Assembly (NCBI GenBank): GCA_041640595.1
Contig: JBEPZY010000001.1
Span: 960,001 to 1,024,000 of the forward strand
Direction: 5' to 3'
DNA: 64,000 bases
Source: Gemmatales bacterium
GTDB taxonomy: Bacteria; Planctomycetota; Planctomycetia; Gemmatales; HRBIN36
In this document: piece after piece, positions 21,548 to 32,000 of the stretch
How the letters are laid out: each line of letters opens with the position of its first letter
How positions within the stretch are numbered: position 1 is the stretch's first letter
Program-made: the position numbers and the translations under genes
The notes under the pieces: generated by a model
Told to the model about the DNA's origin: nothing
What the model saw: only the letters and a program-made list of their open reading frames with translations
Databases searched by the model: none

Positions 21548-22990
21548 AAGAGCGGCGGGCGTCAGCCCGCCGTGGTACGTCATAGGACCACTGCGCCGTG
21601 AGAATCGAAGGTTGCTCGGCAAATGTCGAACACACACCCAAGAGCGGCGGGCGTCAGCCCGCCGTGGTTCGGGAATCACACCGGCAGCACCGAGCGTGTC
21701 TCTCCGAACGGGAAACTCGCGTCGCACAGCTGGCTTACGCCAGACACTCCTGGTCGTGTGAACGGGTGCCGTTGCTGATATGCGTTTCCGACCGGCGGGT
21801 GTGTTACGTTCGCCACGGTCGGCTTACGCCGACCGCTCTTGGTGCACGACGTTACGTTCCATCAGGGATTAGCGCCATTTGCGCCGCACAAACGCACATG
21901 CACAAGACCGGCGAACGTCAGCCCGCCGTGGTCAGGGAATCGCACCGGCAGCACCGAGCGTGTCTCTCCGAACGGGAAACTCGCGTCGCACAGCTGGCTT
22001 ACGCCCGACACTCCTGGTCGCGTGAACGGGTGCCGTTGCTGATATGCGTTTCCGACCGGCGGGTGTGTTACGTTTGCCCCGGTCGGCTTACGCCGACCGC
22101 TCTTGGTGCACGACGTTACGTTCCATCGGGGAATAGCGCCATTTGTACTGCACAAACGCACATGCACAAGAGCGGCGGGCGTCAGCCCGCCGTGGTCAGG
22201 GAATCGCACCGGCAGCACCGAGCGTGTCTCTCCGAACGGGAAACTCGCGTCGCACAGCTGGCTTACGCCCGACACTCCTGGTCGCGTGAACGGGTACCGT
22301 TGCTGATATGCGTTTCCGACCGGCGGGTGCGTTACGTTTGCCACGGTCGGCTTACGCCGACCGCTCTTGGTGCACGACGTTACGTTCCATCGGGGAATAG
22401 CGCCATTTGTACTGCACAAACGCACATGCACAAGAGCGGCGGGCGTCAGCCCGCCGTGGTCAGGGAATCGCACCGGCAGCACCGAGCGTTTCTTGCCGAA
22501 TGAGGATGCTCGCATGCCACGGGGGGCTTACGCCCCCCCGCTCTTGGTGGTTCTGCGGTGCGGACATTTGCCAGCGAAACCGAGACTTGTGCGCTACACG
22601 AACGCTCACTTACAAGGGCGGCGGGCGTCAGCCCGCCGTGGTTCGGGAATCACACCGGCAACACCGAGCGTGTCTCTCCGAACGGGAAACTCGCGTCGCA
22701 CAGCTGGCTTACGCCAGACACTCCTGGTCGCGTGAACGGGTGCCGTTGCTGATATGCGTTTCCGACCGGCGGGTGTGTTACGTTCGCCACGGTCGGCTTA
22801 CGCCGACCGCTCTTGGTGCACGACGTTACGTTCCATCAGGGATTAGCGCCATTTGCGCCGCACAAACGCACATGCACAAGACCGGCGAACGTCAGCCTGC
22901 CGTGGTTCGGTATCGCCCTCGCAATCGCAAACGCTTTTCGCAGACCGACTCGCTCCCCGCACCAGAGCTGGCTTACGCCAGCCGCTCTTG
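21548..22990. repeat. REP/BIME-like array: 17 palindromic ~29-bp units in both orientations with a 264-bp higher-order period
   Basis: consensus CAAGAGCGGNNGGCGT(C/A)AGCCNNCCGTGG; forward copies at 21548, 21639, 21903, 22167, 22431, 22613, 22877; reverse copies at 21725, 21813, 21989, 22077, 22253, 22341, 22517, 22699, 22787, 22962; linkers ~56-66 bp. Confidence 0.92.
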
Positions 22991-23077
22991 AGGCAGAGAG
23001 CGCTTCCGGTGAGGGTAGCCATGTTGCGGTTGGGTTACCGCCACCATCGCGGTTGTTCAACCCGCAAGGGTCGTTCG

Positions 23078-25081
23078 CTACGGCACCGAGGCACGTTTCC
23101 GCGGACCTGGCAGTAAATTGCGTTTGTCCCGATGGTACAATCGAAACGCAACGTCATGGTCGGGATCGCCACCATCGTCATGGCGATTGCGCCCCAGTGA
23201 GTAAATGACGATGCCATCCGCGCTGGTCTTGAACCGGAGCGGGCCGCCGGAATATGCGGCCTGTGGAACATCAGGCAAGTATTGAGGCACCAGTTCATCC
23301 CAGTCCTTGGGCAAGCGACCTTGCTCCAGACGAAATCGTTCCGCTGCCAGTCCCGCCCTCGCTGCAAGTAGATGTTCGCGGCTAAGGAGAAGCCAGCCGC
23401 ACACTGCATGGAGCGAGTCATCGAAGCGATAGAATACGTAAAGGTTTAACCACCAGGTTTCATCGTCAGTAGTAGGACGGGGCCCTGTTCCTCGGCGGAG
23501 TTCTAGATCCAGTTCCTCTTCTGAAATTAGAGCGGCTGGTTCCAAACTGTTGCAAGAGCGCAAAGCAAAAGCGTGTGTGCGTGGCTGCTTAATCTTAAGA
23601 CCCCATAGGAGATACTGGTACCTAAACCATCCCTTAGCAGTCTCGAGCCAATTTTCTTTGGGGTATGGAGCCGATCCGGTCACTACGTTAACAAGCTGTT
23701 GCCACGTTAATGAGCCACGATAGATGTTCGTGAACAACTCGTGCGTTAGTGCTCGTTCGCTGCGCACCATCCACAGAGCTCGCTGGTGATTGATTACCAA
23801 ACGCTTATCCAGGATCTGTTGCATTTCTTCGAGCAGCCCTGGCGACATTTCACCCAAGGCCAAGCGTTGCTCCAACTCCCCCAGGACGACCTCCTCCAAG
23901 AACATACCAGTTCTCTGGCCCTCAACGAACGGATCTTCATCAGCTGAAGCTGCTATTTTCCAGGCTGTGCGTAAGAGCCTATCGGCATCAGCCAGGCGCC
24001 CCGTGACGATGAAGTAATCATGTAAAACCGGCAGACAGCCCCTAAAAGCTGACAAGACTTCTCTATGCGGTAAGGGTGTTTCCCAGGGGATCACTGCCAA
24101 GCTCGGTACCGGTGGCTGGGCTTTATCGTAGGTACTCAAAGAAGCGAACAAAGCGACCAAATGCGGATCAGCATTCACTAGCTGGCCTACTAGTTGCAGT
24201 TGATCGTGAGACCTTCGATTAGGCTGAGCACGGCGGTCCGCAAGCGGCTTCCCCTCCCAAGATCTGGCATGAGGATTCGCCAGGTACCGTTCGGCGATTT
24301 GCTCGATGAGGGGCCAGGCGTTTTCTTCGGGCGGTACTTGTTCGCGCTGGCGGATCAAATCCTCCCAACGCCAGTGCGGATAAATCGCATCCGCCTCCGC
24401 CATTGCCGATTCCAGCTGCGCCAGCCCGCCGAACCACACCACGGTCAGCCAAATCCCAATCGGCCCAATGACCAGACCCACCACACCCACCCCAACCACC
24501 ACCCACCACACCCATCGCCGTCTCGGCCTGCTACGAGTCTGATCTATGTCCGCGAATGGGCCGTATGATGGATTGTCCGTCATCGTTTCCGGGGCGGCTA
24601 ATTCACCACCGGGCTGTACCGGTGCGGTGAGTTTCACGCCCGCTGAATCGGGACCGTTTGCGGTTCTCCCATGCGAGTCAGTAACCGGTGTCCGTGATCC
24701 CTGGTGCTGCCCCGCCGGCAATTCCTTACCAGCCTGTAATGCAGGGCCGTTATCGCCACCGGAAGCTTCCCGCTCAGCGTAGCTGGTTCTGGTTGCCGGG
24801 TCGCTTGACGGTGCCGCAGGGAGGGAACCGACCTCTGGCCGTGCCGCAACGGATTGTCGCGATTCGCCAGCAGTCTGGTGGCCGGCAGTGTCGGCTTTCG
24901 GCAGGGAGACACCAATTTCCGCTGCCTGGTTCAACTCGGTTTGCGGGCGGGTTGTCGCCACATCTAACCCCGACCGTTGCCCGCCACGCTGGCTTTCTTC
25001 GTTTGGAGCAGCATTGCAGGTCTTGGATGCCGACATATTCGCTTCGTTGCCCTGCCCTTGAAACTTTCGTTCGTTGTCCAT
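23078..25081 (-). CDS. single-TM membrane protein with C-terminal GspG/pseudopilin-C-like motif (paralog A)
   Basis: start re-assigned to MDNERK after GGGGAG; disordered N-terminus, RRRWVWW-TM, helical core, GLAAERFRLEQGRLP..W.ELVP.YL...IVIYSLG....DDGG tail. Confidence 0.75.
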   Translation of the reverse strand: MDNERKFQGQGNEANMSASKTCNAAPNEESQRGGQRSGLDVATTRPQTELNQAAEIGVSLPKADTAGHQTAGESRQSVAARPEVGSLPAAPSSDPATRTSYAEREASGGDNGPALQAGKELPAGQHQGSRTPVTDSHGRTANGPDSAGVKLTAPVQPGGELAAPETMTDNPSYGPFADIDQTRSRPRRRWVWWVVVGVGVVGLVIGPIGIWLTVVWFGGLAQLESAMAEADAIYPHWRWEDLIRQREQVPPEENAWPLIEQIAERYLANPHARSWEGKPLADRRAQPNRRSHDQLQLVGQLVNADPHLVALFASLSTYDKAQPPVPSLAVIPWETPLPHREVLSAFRGCLPVLHDYFIVTGRLADADRLLRTAWKIAASADEDPFVEGQRTGMFLEEVVLGELEQRLALGEMSPGLLEEMQQILDKRLVINHQRALWMVRSERALTHELFTNIYRGSLTWQQLVNVVTGSAPYPKENWLETAKGWFRYQYLLWGLKIKQPRTHAFALRSCNSLEPAALISEEELDLELRRGTGPRPTTDDETWWLNLYVFYRFDDSLHAVCGWLLLSREHLLAARAGLAAERFRLEQGRLPKDWDELVPQYLPDVPQAAYSGGPLRFKTSADGIVIYSLGRNRHDDGGDPDHDVAFRLYHRDKRNLLPGPRKRASVP
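24283..24530 (-). repeat. left arm of 248-bp inverted repeat (partner 33129-33376)
   Basis: reverse complement matches 33129-33376 with 8 mismatches counted by eye. Confidence 0.92.
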
Positions 25082-25226
25082 TTGACGCTCCCCGCTTCGC
25101 ACCGGGCAGATTGTTCGTGCGTTCGTTACGCCCTGATCGTTGCAACGCGATGGGAAAATCTCAGCAAAGTGCCGGTAATTAACCTCCCCGCCAGGTACAC
25201 TGGCCGTTGCGAGTTTACCCTTGCGT

Positions 25227-25255
25227 ATTGTACCAGGGCGACAAAACATCGGCAG
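25227..25255 (-). promoter_or_regulatory. putative extended -10 promoter for paralog A
   Basis: minus strand CTGCCG-N17-TACAAT with TGn before the -10. Confidence 0.4.
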
Positions 25256-25756
25256 CACAAAGCCCTGGCAGTCGGAGCAATCCGGCAAATGGCGATAGGG
25301 CATGGGCAGCAGGCGTATGGATGCGAACCGGTCACAGGGAGGCTTGCTCCGCTGTTTCCGCAAAGGGCCGCGGCTAAGCTGACGCCCACTCAGGGACACG
25401 GTGAGCACCTGCTGTTGCATGCCGAGGTGGATGACGGTGGTGCTATGAGCGACGACTGGGCTGACACGATAGCACCTGCTGTCGCATTACCGAGGCCCCG
25501 CAGAGATCGGCTACGCTTGTCAGAAAGGCGAGACGACCGGTGGTCGCCAGTGGCTCAGCAACCGCAGCAGGTTCCTGTACCGGTAATAGGTGGCGTCTTT
25601 GCAAAACAGTTCGCCGGTAACCGGCCGGCGGTTAGCTGCCCCGTCCAACTGACGCGGGTACAAGCCGGCCACGTGGGGCACGCTCCATTGCTCGCCATTC
25701 GGCAAGATGCAGACGCTCCAGTCGGCACCGTGGTCACATCCCGAACGTTCGGGGCA

Positions 25757-25785
25757 TTGCAAAGGGTGTGTAGCTGTGGTACAAT
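25757..25785 (+). promoter_or_regulatory. sigma70-type promoter for adhesin gene
   Basis: TTGCAA-N17-TACAAT with TGn extended -10. Confidence 0.6.
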
Positions 25786-26026
25786 CGGGATTAGCGCTAC
25801 AGCCGTGGCCGACGTGCTTATCTTACCGGCCACGTTTGCTTGCAGGGATGGTTCTTTGTGGCGCCAGTGTCCTAAATTTGCCAGGGACGGAAGCAGGAAA
25901 AGCAATTGCCGCAGCCGATGATCAGGATTGGCGCGGCCCGGAACAGAGGCGTTTGCACAAGAGGCTTGCTGGTGCCAACGTCTCGCCGCTATCAGTCGCT
26001 CCCCATTCAACCCTGGAGGGACCTCC

Positions 26027-29000
26027 ATGCTGCGCTGGCTTGCTCGGTGGTGGTCTGGCCGTCGCAGAACTGCATCAGCCCAGACGGTAGGGCGGCGATC
26101 GCGGCGAAGCCGAGCTTCGCGGTTTCGTCCGCAGCTTGAAACGCTCGAAGAGCGCACCGTTCCCTCGACCAGCATCCCGCTGAATCCGTTGACCTGGGCC
26201 CATTTCGGCCCGGCTCCGATTCAGGCTTTCGGACAACCTACTAACCCGCTCGCTGGGCGTGTCAACGCAGTGGCCGCTCATCCGACCAATCCGAACATTT
26301 ACTACCTGGCCACAGACGGCGGCGGGGTCTGGAAAACGACCAATGGAGGTACTACCTGGACGTGGATAACCAATCAGCCGAACCTGCCGTCGCAAGTTAT
26401 CGGAGCCATTGCGGTTGCTCCGACCAATCCCAACGTGATTTACGCGGGCACCGGTCGCGCCGATTTCAGCGTGGATTCCCGGTACGGTCAGGGGCTGTAC
26501 GTATCCACGGATGGGGGCAACACCTGGTTTGTTACCGACGGCGATAGCGATCCGGACGGGCCGGCAGGCACCGACACCAATTTGCGGGATGGGCCGTTTT
26601 TCCGAAGGGTGATCACCGCTATTGCCGTGGACCCGACCAATGCCAGCACCGTTTACGTCGCCCTTACTGAAGTCGGCATGACCCATCAGCGAACTACTGC
26701 CACTGATGATACACGCTCCGGTATTTACAAGTCCACGGACGGCGGCAGAACCTGGACGAACATCACCTGGGACAAAATTGTTGACCTGAGCAGCAGCACC
26801 GTGTCGGCAGTTAACCTGTATTTCAGCGACGTCCTGGTTCGGCCAGATAACCCGAACGTGGTGTTCGCAGCCGTAGGCGATCCGCGTGGCTCCGACCTGA
26901 ACGGCTTGTGGAAAAGCTCCGATGGCGGCAACTCCTGGACGCGAGTCCTTTCCTTCCCGTCCGGCAAATTCGAACCGCGTGTTGGCGTGATTGACCTGGC
27001 TATTTCGCAGTCCAATCCGAACATAATGGCCGCAGTCATCACCGACGCTGGCAGCAGGCCGGATGGTGCACTGTATCGGGTTCTGCGGACTACCAACGGC
27101 GGTACCACCTGGACACTGGCGACCAATCTCCCGGCCAGTCCGCCTATCAATCACCGTCACGCTCGCATAGCCATTCATCCGTTCAATCCCAACATCATGT
27201 ACCTGGCCGGCGATTCCGGACCCAATAGCCTGCTTTTGTCGCCGAACGGAGGCAGCTTATGGCAGGACATTTCCAGCGCTGGGACGAATCCGCCCCATCC
27301 GGGCCACAACTTTCTGGCATTCGATGCCAATTCCCGCTTACTTGTCGGCAATAACGGCGGTATCTGGCGCTTTGATGGTACTGCCTGGAGCAATCTCAAC
27401 GCCACGCTTAGCATCACTAACGTCAACAAAGTCGGAGTCAGCTTTTTCAATCAGGACATCCTGTTTGCCGGTACCGCGTACAACGGCTTGATTCGTTTCG
27501 ACGATGGCGTCGGCTGGACTACGCCCATGATCACGAACCTAACCTCTCCCAACTACGCCGACGCCGGCGAAATCATTGTTGATCCGCTCAACCCGAGCGT
27601 CGTTTATGCCATTCATCTGGAATCTTCTCCCAATCCTTTGTATTTCCGCATAATGGCTTCAACTGATGGCGGCTTCACTTTCCAACCCCTGAACCTTTCC
27701 GAAACATTGGCTTATGGCCGGTACAGCTTGCTTGACGTCACGTTTGACATACGACCTTACTATCCGTTTTTCGTAATAGACCCGTCGTTTGAAGCACTTT
27801 ATTCGAATGCCATCGCCGCCGGGGCCCGGGGGCGATTGGTGCTAGCTGGCATTCACGGCGGTAATCCTAGTTACGTCTTTGCCGGGGGAACCCCAAGTGC
27901 TCCCATAACCGCCTTTGCAACGTATCAATCAGCCACGAACCCATCTGGAAATCCAGAACGGGGTTGGTTCACAAAAGCAGACGGTGGTGTTGATACTTCA
28001 ACTGGTCCGATACTCGGACCTTCGCCCTGGGTAAGTGTCACACCTTTCCCCGGTTTCCAGGGGCGATGGAGCGATATTGCCATCAGTGGTTCTGACCCGG
28101 TCGATCAGGGAACCGCCTATATCGTGGCCGATGCGTTTCGCGACGAAGGATTGCCGAACGGTCAGGTTTACGTGACCACCGATGCGGGGGTTACCTGGAT
28201 TCCGATCGGCCAGGGCTTGCCCGATACGCCTATCCAGTCAATTGTCGTCGAAGCACGACGACCAGGCTTCCTGGACGACATTCTTTATGTGGCCACCGAT
28301 CAGGGTGTTTATCGCGGCTTTTATGAACCGACCACAGCTCAGTGGATCTGGACCCGTTTTTGGGACAATCTGCCTGACCTGCTGGTCACCGACCTGGATT
28401 TCAACCCGTACTACAATCAGTTGTTTGCCAGCACGTGGGGCAAAGGGGTTTACGGCGTCCTGATCAACCAGAACCTGCCCCCAATGGTAGCCCCGCTCCC
28501 ACCGCAAACAGTTTCTGAGGATCCACCTCTGCCACTGGTGTTCTCGTCAGGAACGGGTAACCAAATCGTGGTGGCCGATCCTGATGCCGAGGCTTCGCCG
28601 CTTCGGGTTACCCTCACCGTCTCCAATGGCAAGCTCACACTGGCTTCCAATGCCGGACTGACTTTCCTGGCAGGCGACGGCAACGCTGATGCGACGATGA
28701 CGTTCGAGGGCACGCTCACGGCGATCAACAATGCCCTCAACGGTCTCGAATATATGCCCAATCCCGATTTCAGCGGTACCGAAACGCTCATTATTACGGT
28801 CAACGACCTCGGTCATAATGGTCCGGGAGGCCCGCAAACCACCACGGCCACGATTATGATCAACGTCACCCCCGTCAACGACGCTCCTGTTCTGGATGCC
28901 AGTGGCAACCCGTTCCTGGATGACATTCGCGAGGACGACGTTGCTAATTCTGGCACACGGATTAGCGATTTACTGGCGCGCACCGCCGGTGTTACCGACG

Positions 29001-32000
29001 TGGATGGACCAGGGGCAGGCATTGCACTGATTAACGTGGATACCACCAACGGGACCTGGGAATATTCGCTGGACGGTGGAGTTACCTGGAGTCCGGTGAT
29101 CGGCGTCAGTTTCACCAATGCGTTGCTGCTGCCCAGCACCGCCAGGCTCCGCTTTATCCCGCTGCCTGATTTCAACGGCTCGATGCCCAACGCGATCACT
29201 TTCCACGCTTGGGATCAATCTTCCGGCACCGCAGGTAGCACAGTGGATTTGACCGGATTACTTGGCGGCAGCAATGCCTTCAGCGTGAACTCGGAAACGG
29301 CGAGTCTGACCGTCCTGCCTGTCAACGACGCTCCCACGGTGTTGAGTGTTACCACGAACTGGACGAATCCCCTCACCGAAGACAGCTTCCCGCCCTATCC
29401 GCAAATTACGCTGACGAATTTGCAACCCGGCGGCGGGTCCGATGAAGCGGGCCAGCTTCTCAGCGTCAGCGCCAGCCTTCTGAATGGCACCAGCATTACG
29501 GGCACGTTCCAGTATAGCACCGACGGCGGGGCGACCTTCACAGCAACACCGCCGACAGGACTTGCTGCTGGAGCGAATGTCATCGTGCGGTTCATCCCCA
29601 ACCCGGATGTCAACGGCAGCGATACGATCGTCGTCGTTATCCAGGATAACGGCGGCACGGCTAACGGCGGACTGGATACATCAAGTGTTACCCGAACCAT
29701 CGTGATTGACCCGGTCAATGATCCGCCGGTGCTGGTCAACAATGGCCCGGCCAGCGTGAACGAAGGGGGGAGCATCACCATCACCAACGCGCTCCTGCTG
29801 ACCACAGACGTGGATCATGCTCCGAACCAGCTCACTTATACATTGACACTTCGCCCGGTCAACGGCACCCTCTTGAAAAACGGTAATCCCATACCTCTGG
29901 GCGGTACGTTCACCCAGCAGGACATTGCCGACGGCTTGATTGTTTACGAACATGACGGTTCCGAAACCACTAGCGACCTGTTCCAGTTCACCGTCCAGGA
30001 TGCCGCTGGCGCTTCGCCTCCTGGTGGGCCTTTCACCTTCAACATCACCGTCAATCCGGTCAACGATCCGCCCGTGGTCGGCACGATTATTCCGAACCCG
30101 GTGAATCTCGTCGAGGACTCATTCGCAGTTCCCGTCCAGGTGTTGATTACCGGCATTGACCCGGTCGAGCTAGGGCAGATTATCCTGTCGGTGAATGCGA
30201 ATACCTCAAACGCATCCATCACCGGCCCGGTATCGGTTACTTATCCTTATCTCGGTGACCCGACCCAAGCGCTCATCGAATTTGTGCCGCCGGCCAACGC
30301 ATTTGGCTCGGCCAATCTGCTGGTTACCATTCAGGATAACGGTGGCGGTTCGGATACGAGCACGATCGTCATCCCGGTCAACATTAGTCCCGTCAACGAT
30401 CCGCCCGCTCTGGTCAACAACAATCCGCTCACGGTCAACGAGGGAGGCACGGGAATCATCGCCTCCACGCTCTTATTGGCGACTGACGTGGACAACCCCG
30501 TTGGGCAAATTATCTATGAACTCGCAACTTTGCCGAGCAATGGCCGGGTGTTGCTTAATGGCACCCCGCTTAATGTCGGGGATACGTTTACCCAGGCAGA
30601 TATTAACGCCAGTCGGGTTCGCTACCAGCACAATGGCAGTGAGACACTGACCGACAACTTCACCTTCAATCTCCGCGATGCCAACGGTGCTTCTGGTGGC
30701 AGCTTTACCTTCAGCATCAATATCAACCCCATCAACGATCCGCCCAGCGTGGATCTGAACGGCAGCGCCCCTGGCGTAGATTTCACCGCCACCTTCAACC
30801 AACCCGGACCGGGCAGCGTCTTCATTGTGAACACAACCGGCCTGACAGTAAGCGATCCCGATAGTCCCACGCTGGCATTCGCTCGCATCGTTTTGACCAA
30901 CCGACCCGATGGCAGCAACGAAGACCTGATCGTTACCTTACCCTCCGGTAGCCCATTGACTGTAACGCCTTACAATCCGACCACCGGCGAACTATTGATC
31001 ACCGGACCTGGTACCCTGGCCGATTACCAGGCCGCCCTGCGAACCCTGCAATATCGTAACAACAAGACTTTCCCCAATCTGACCACGCGCATTATCACGG
31101 TGGAAGTGAACGACGGTACGGTAACCGGTCCCGTAGCAACGGCGCGGGTGGTTTTTAGTGGAGCGGCGTTACCGGTGGTGGATTTGAATGGGGCTGCTCC
31201 TGGTCGAGACAATACGGTCAATCTGTCCAACACATCAGTTCTGATCGCTCCCGCTGGCACCGTACAGGATATAGACAGCCCAGTTTTGCGGCGGATGGTA
31301 GTGCGGCTGATGAATCGGCCCAACGCCCTGGCCGAATCCCTCACTTTTACCTCCAGCGGTGGCATCGTCGGCTTTTACAATCCGGCGACCGGCGTTCTGG
31401 AATTGAGCGGGCCGGCCACCCTGGCTGCCTTCCAGACCGTCTTGCGATCGGTCCGTTACGAGAACACCGCTGCCATCCCCGATCCTACTCCACGCACGAT
31501 TCAGGTGTTTGCCAACGACGGGTACAACAATGGCCCCGTTGCCACGGTAATCGTGAACTTCGGCCCGATCCTGGTTCGGCCAATTGCGGGTGGTGGACAA
31601 TCGCTGATCGTTGTGGGCACGAACGGCGACGACCAGATTTTCGTCTCGCCGGCCGGGGCTACCAGTTTCCGAGTGGCACGGAACGGCTCGATTCTCGGCA
31701 CCTTTAGCCGCAGCACCTACCAACGGGTAGTCCTGTTCGGTCTGAATGGCAATGATCGGCTGGAAGTTGAGCGAACGCTGCCTCTCAACGCCATTCTGGT
31801 GGGCGGTTCCGGAAACGATGTGCTGCTGGGCGGCGCTGGCAACGACATTATCCTCGGTGGCGCTGGTAATGATCAGCTCTATGGTCGCATTGGCCGCGAC
31901 ATCCTCATTGGCGGAGCCGGTGCAGATATCCTCTACGGACACGATCCCGGTAGCGGCGCGGTCGGCGACGACCAGGACATTCTGATTGGCGATAGCACCA

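Noticed and set aside
21598..22503. 301-aa ORF with 88-aa tandem repeats (and overlapping ORFs 21862-22515, 22407-22991)
   Set aside because: By-product of the 264-bp (multiple of 3) DNA repeat; ORFs are open on both strands, and variation conserves DNA hairpin pairing rather than protein sequence
21548..22990. CRISPR array interpretation
   Set aside because: Repeats occur in both orientations, most linkers are themselves repeated and ~60 bp long, and there are no cas genes in the window
25082..25420. N-terminal extension of the 780-aa ORF
   Set aside because: A better RBS and start lie at 25081, and a promoter-like motif lies inside the extension
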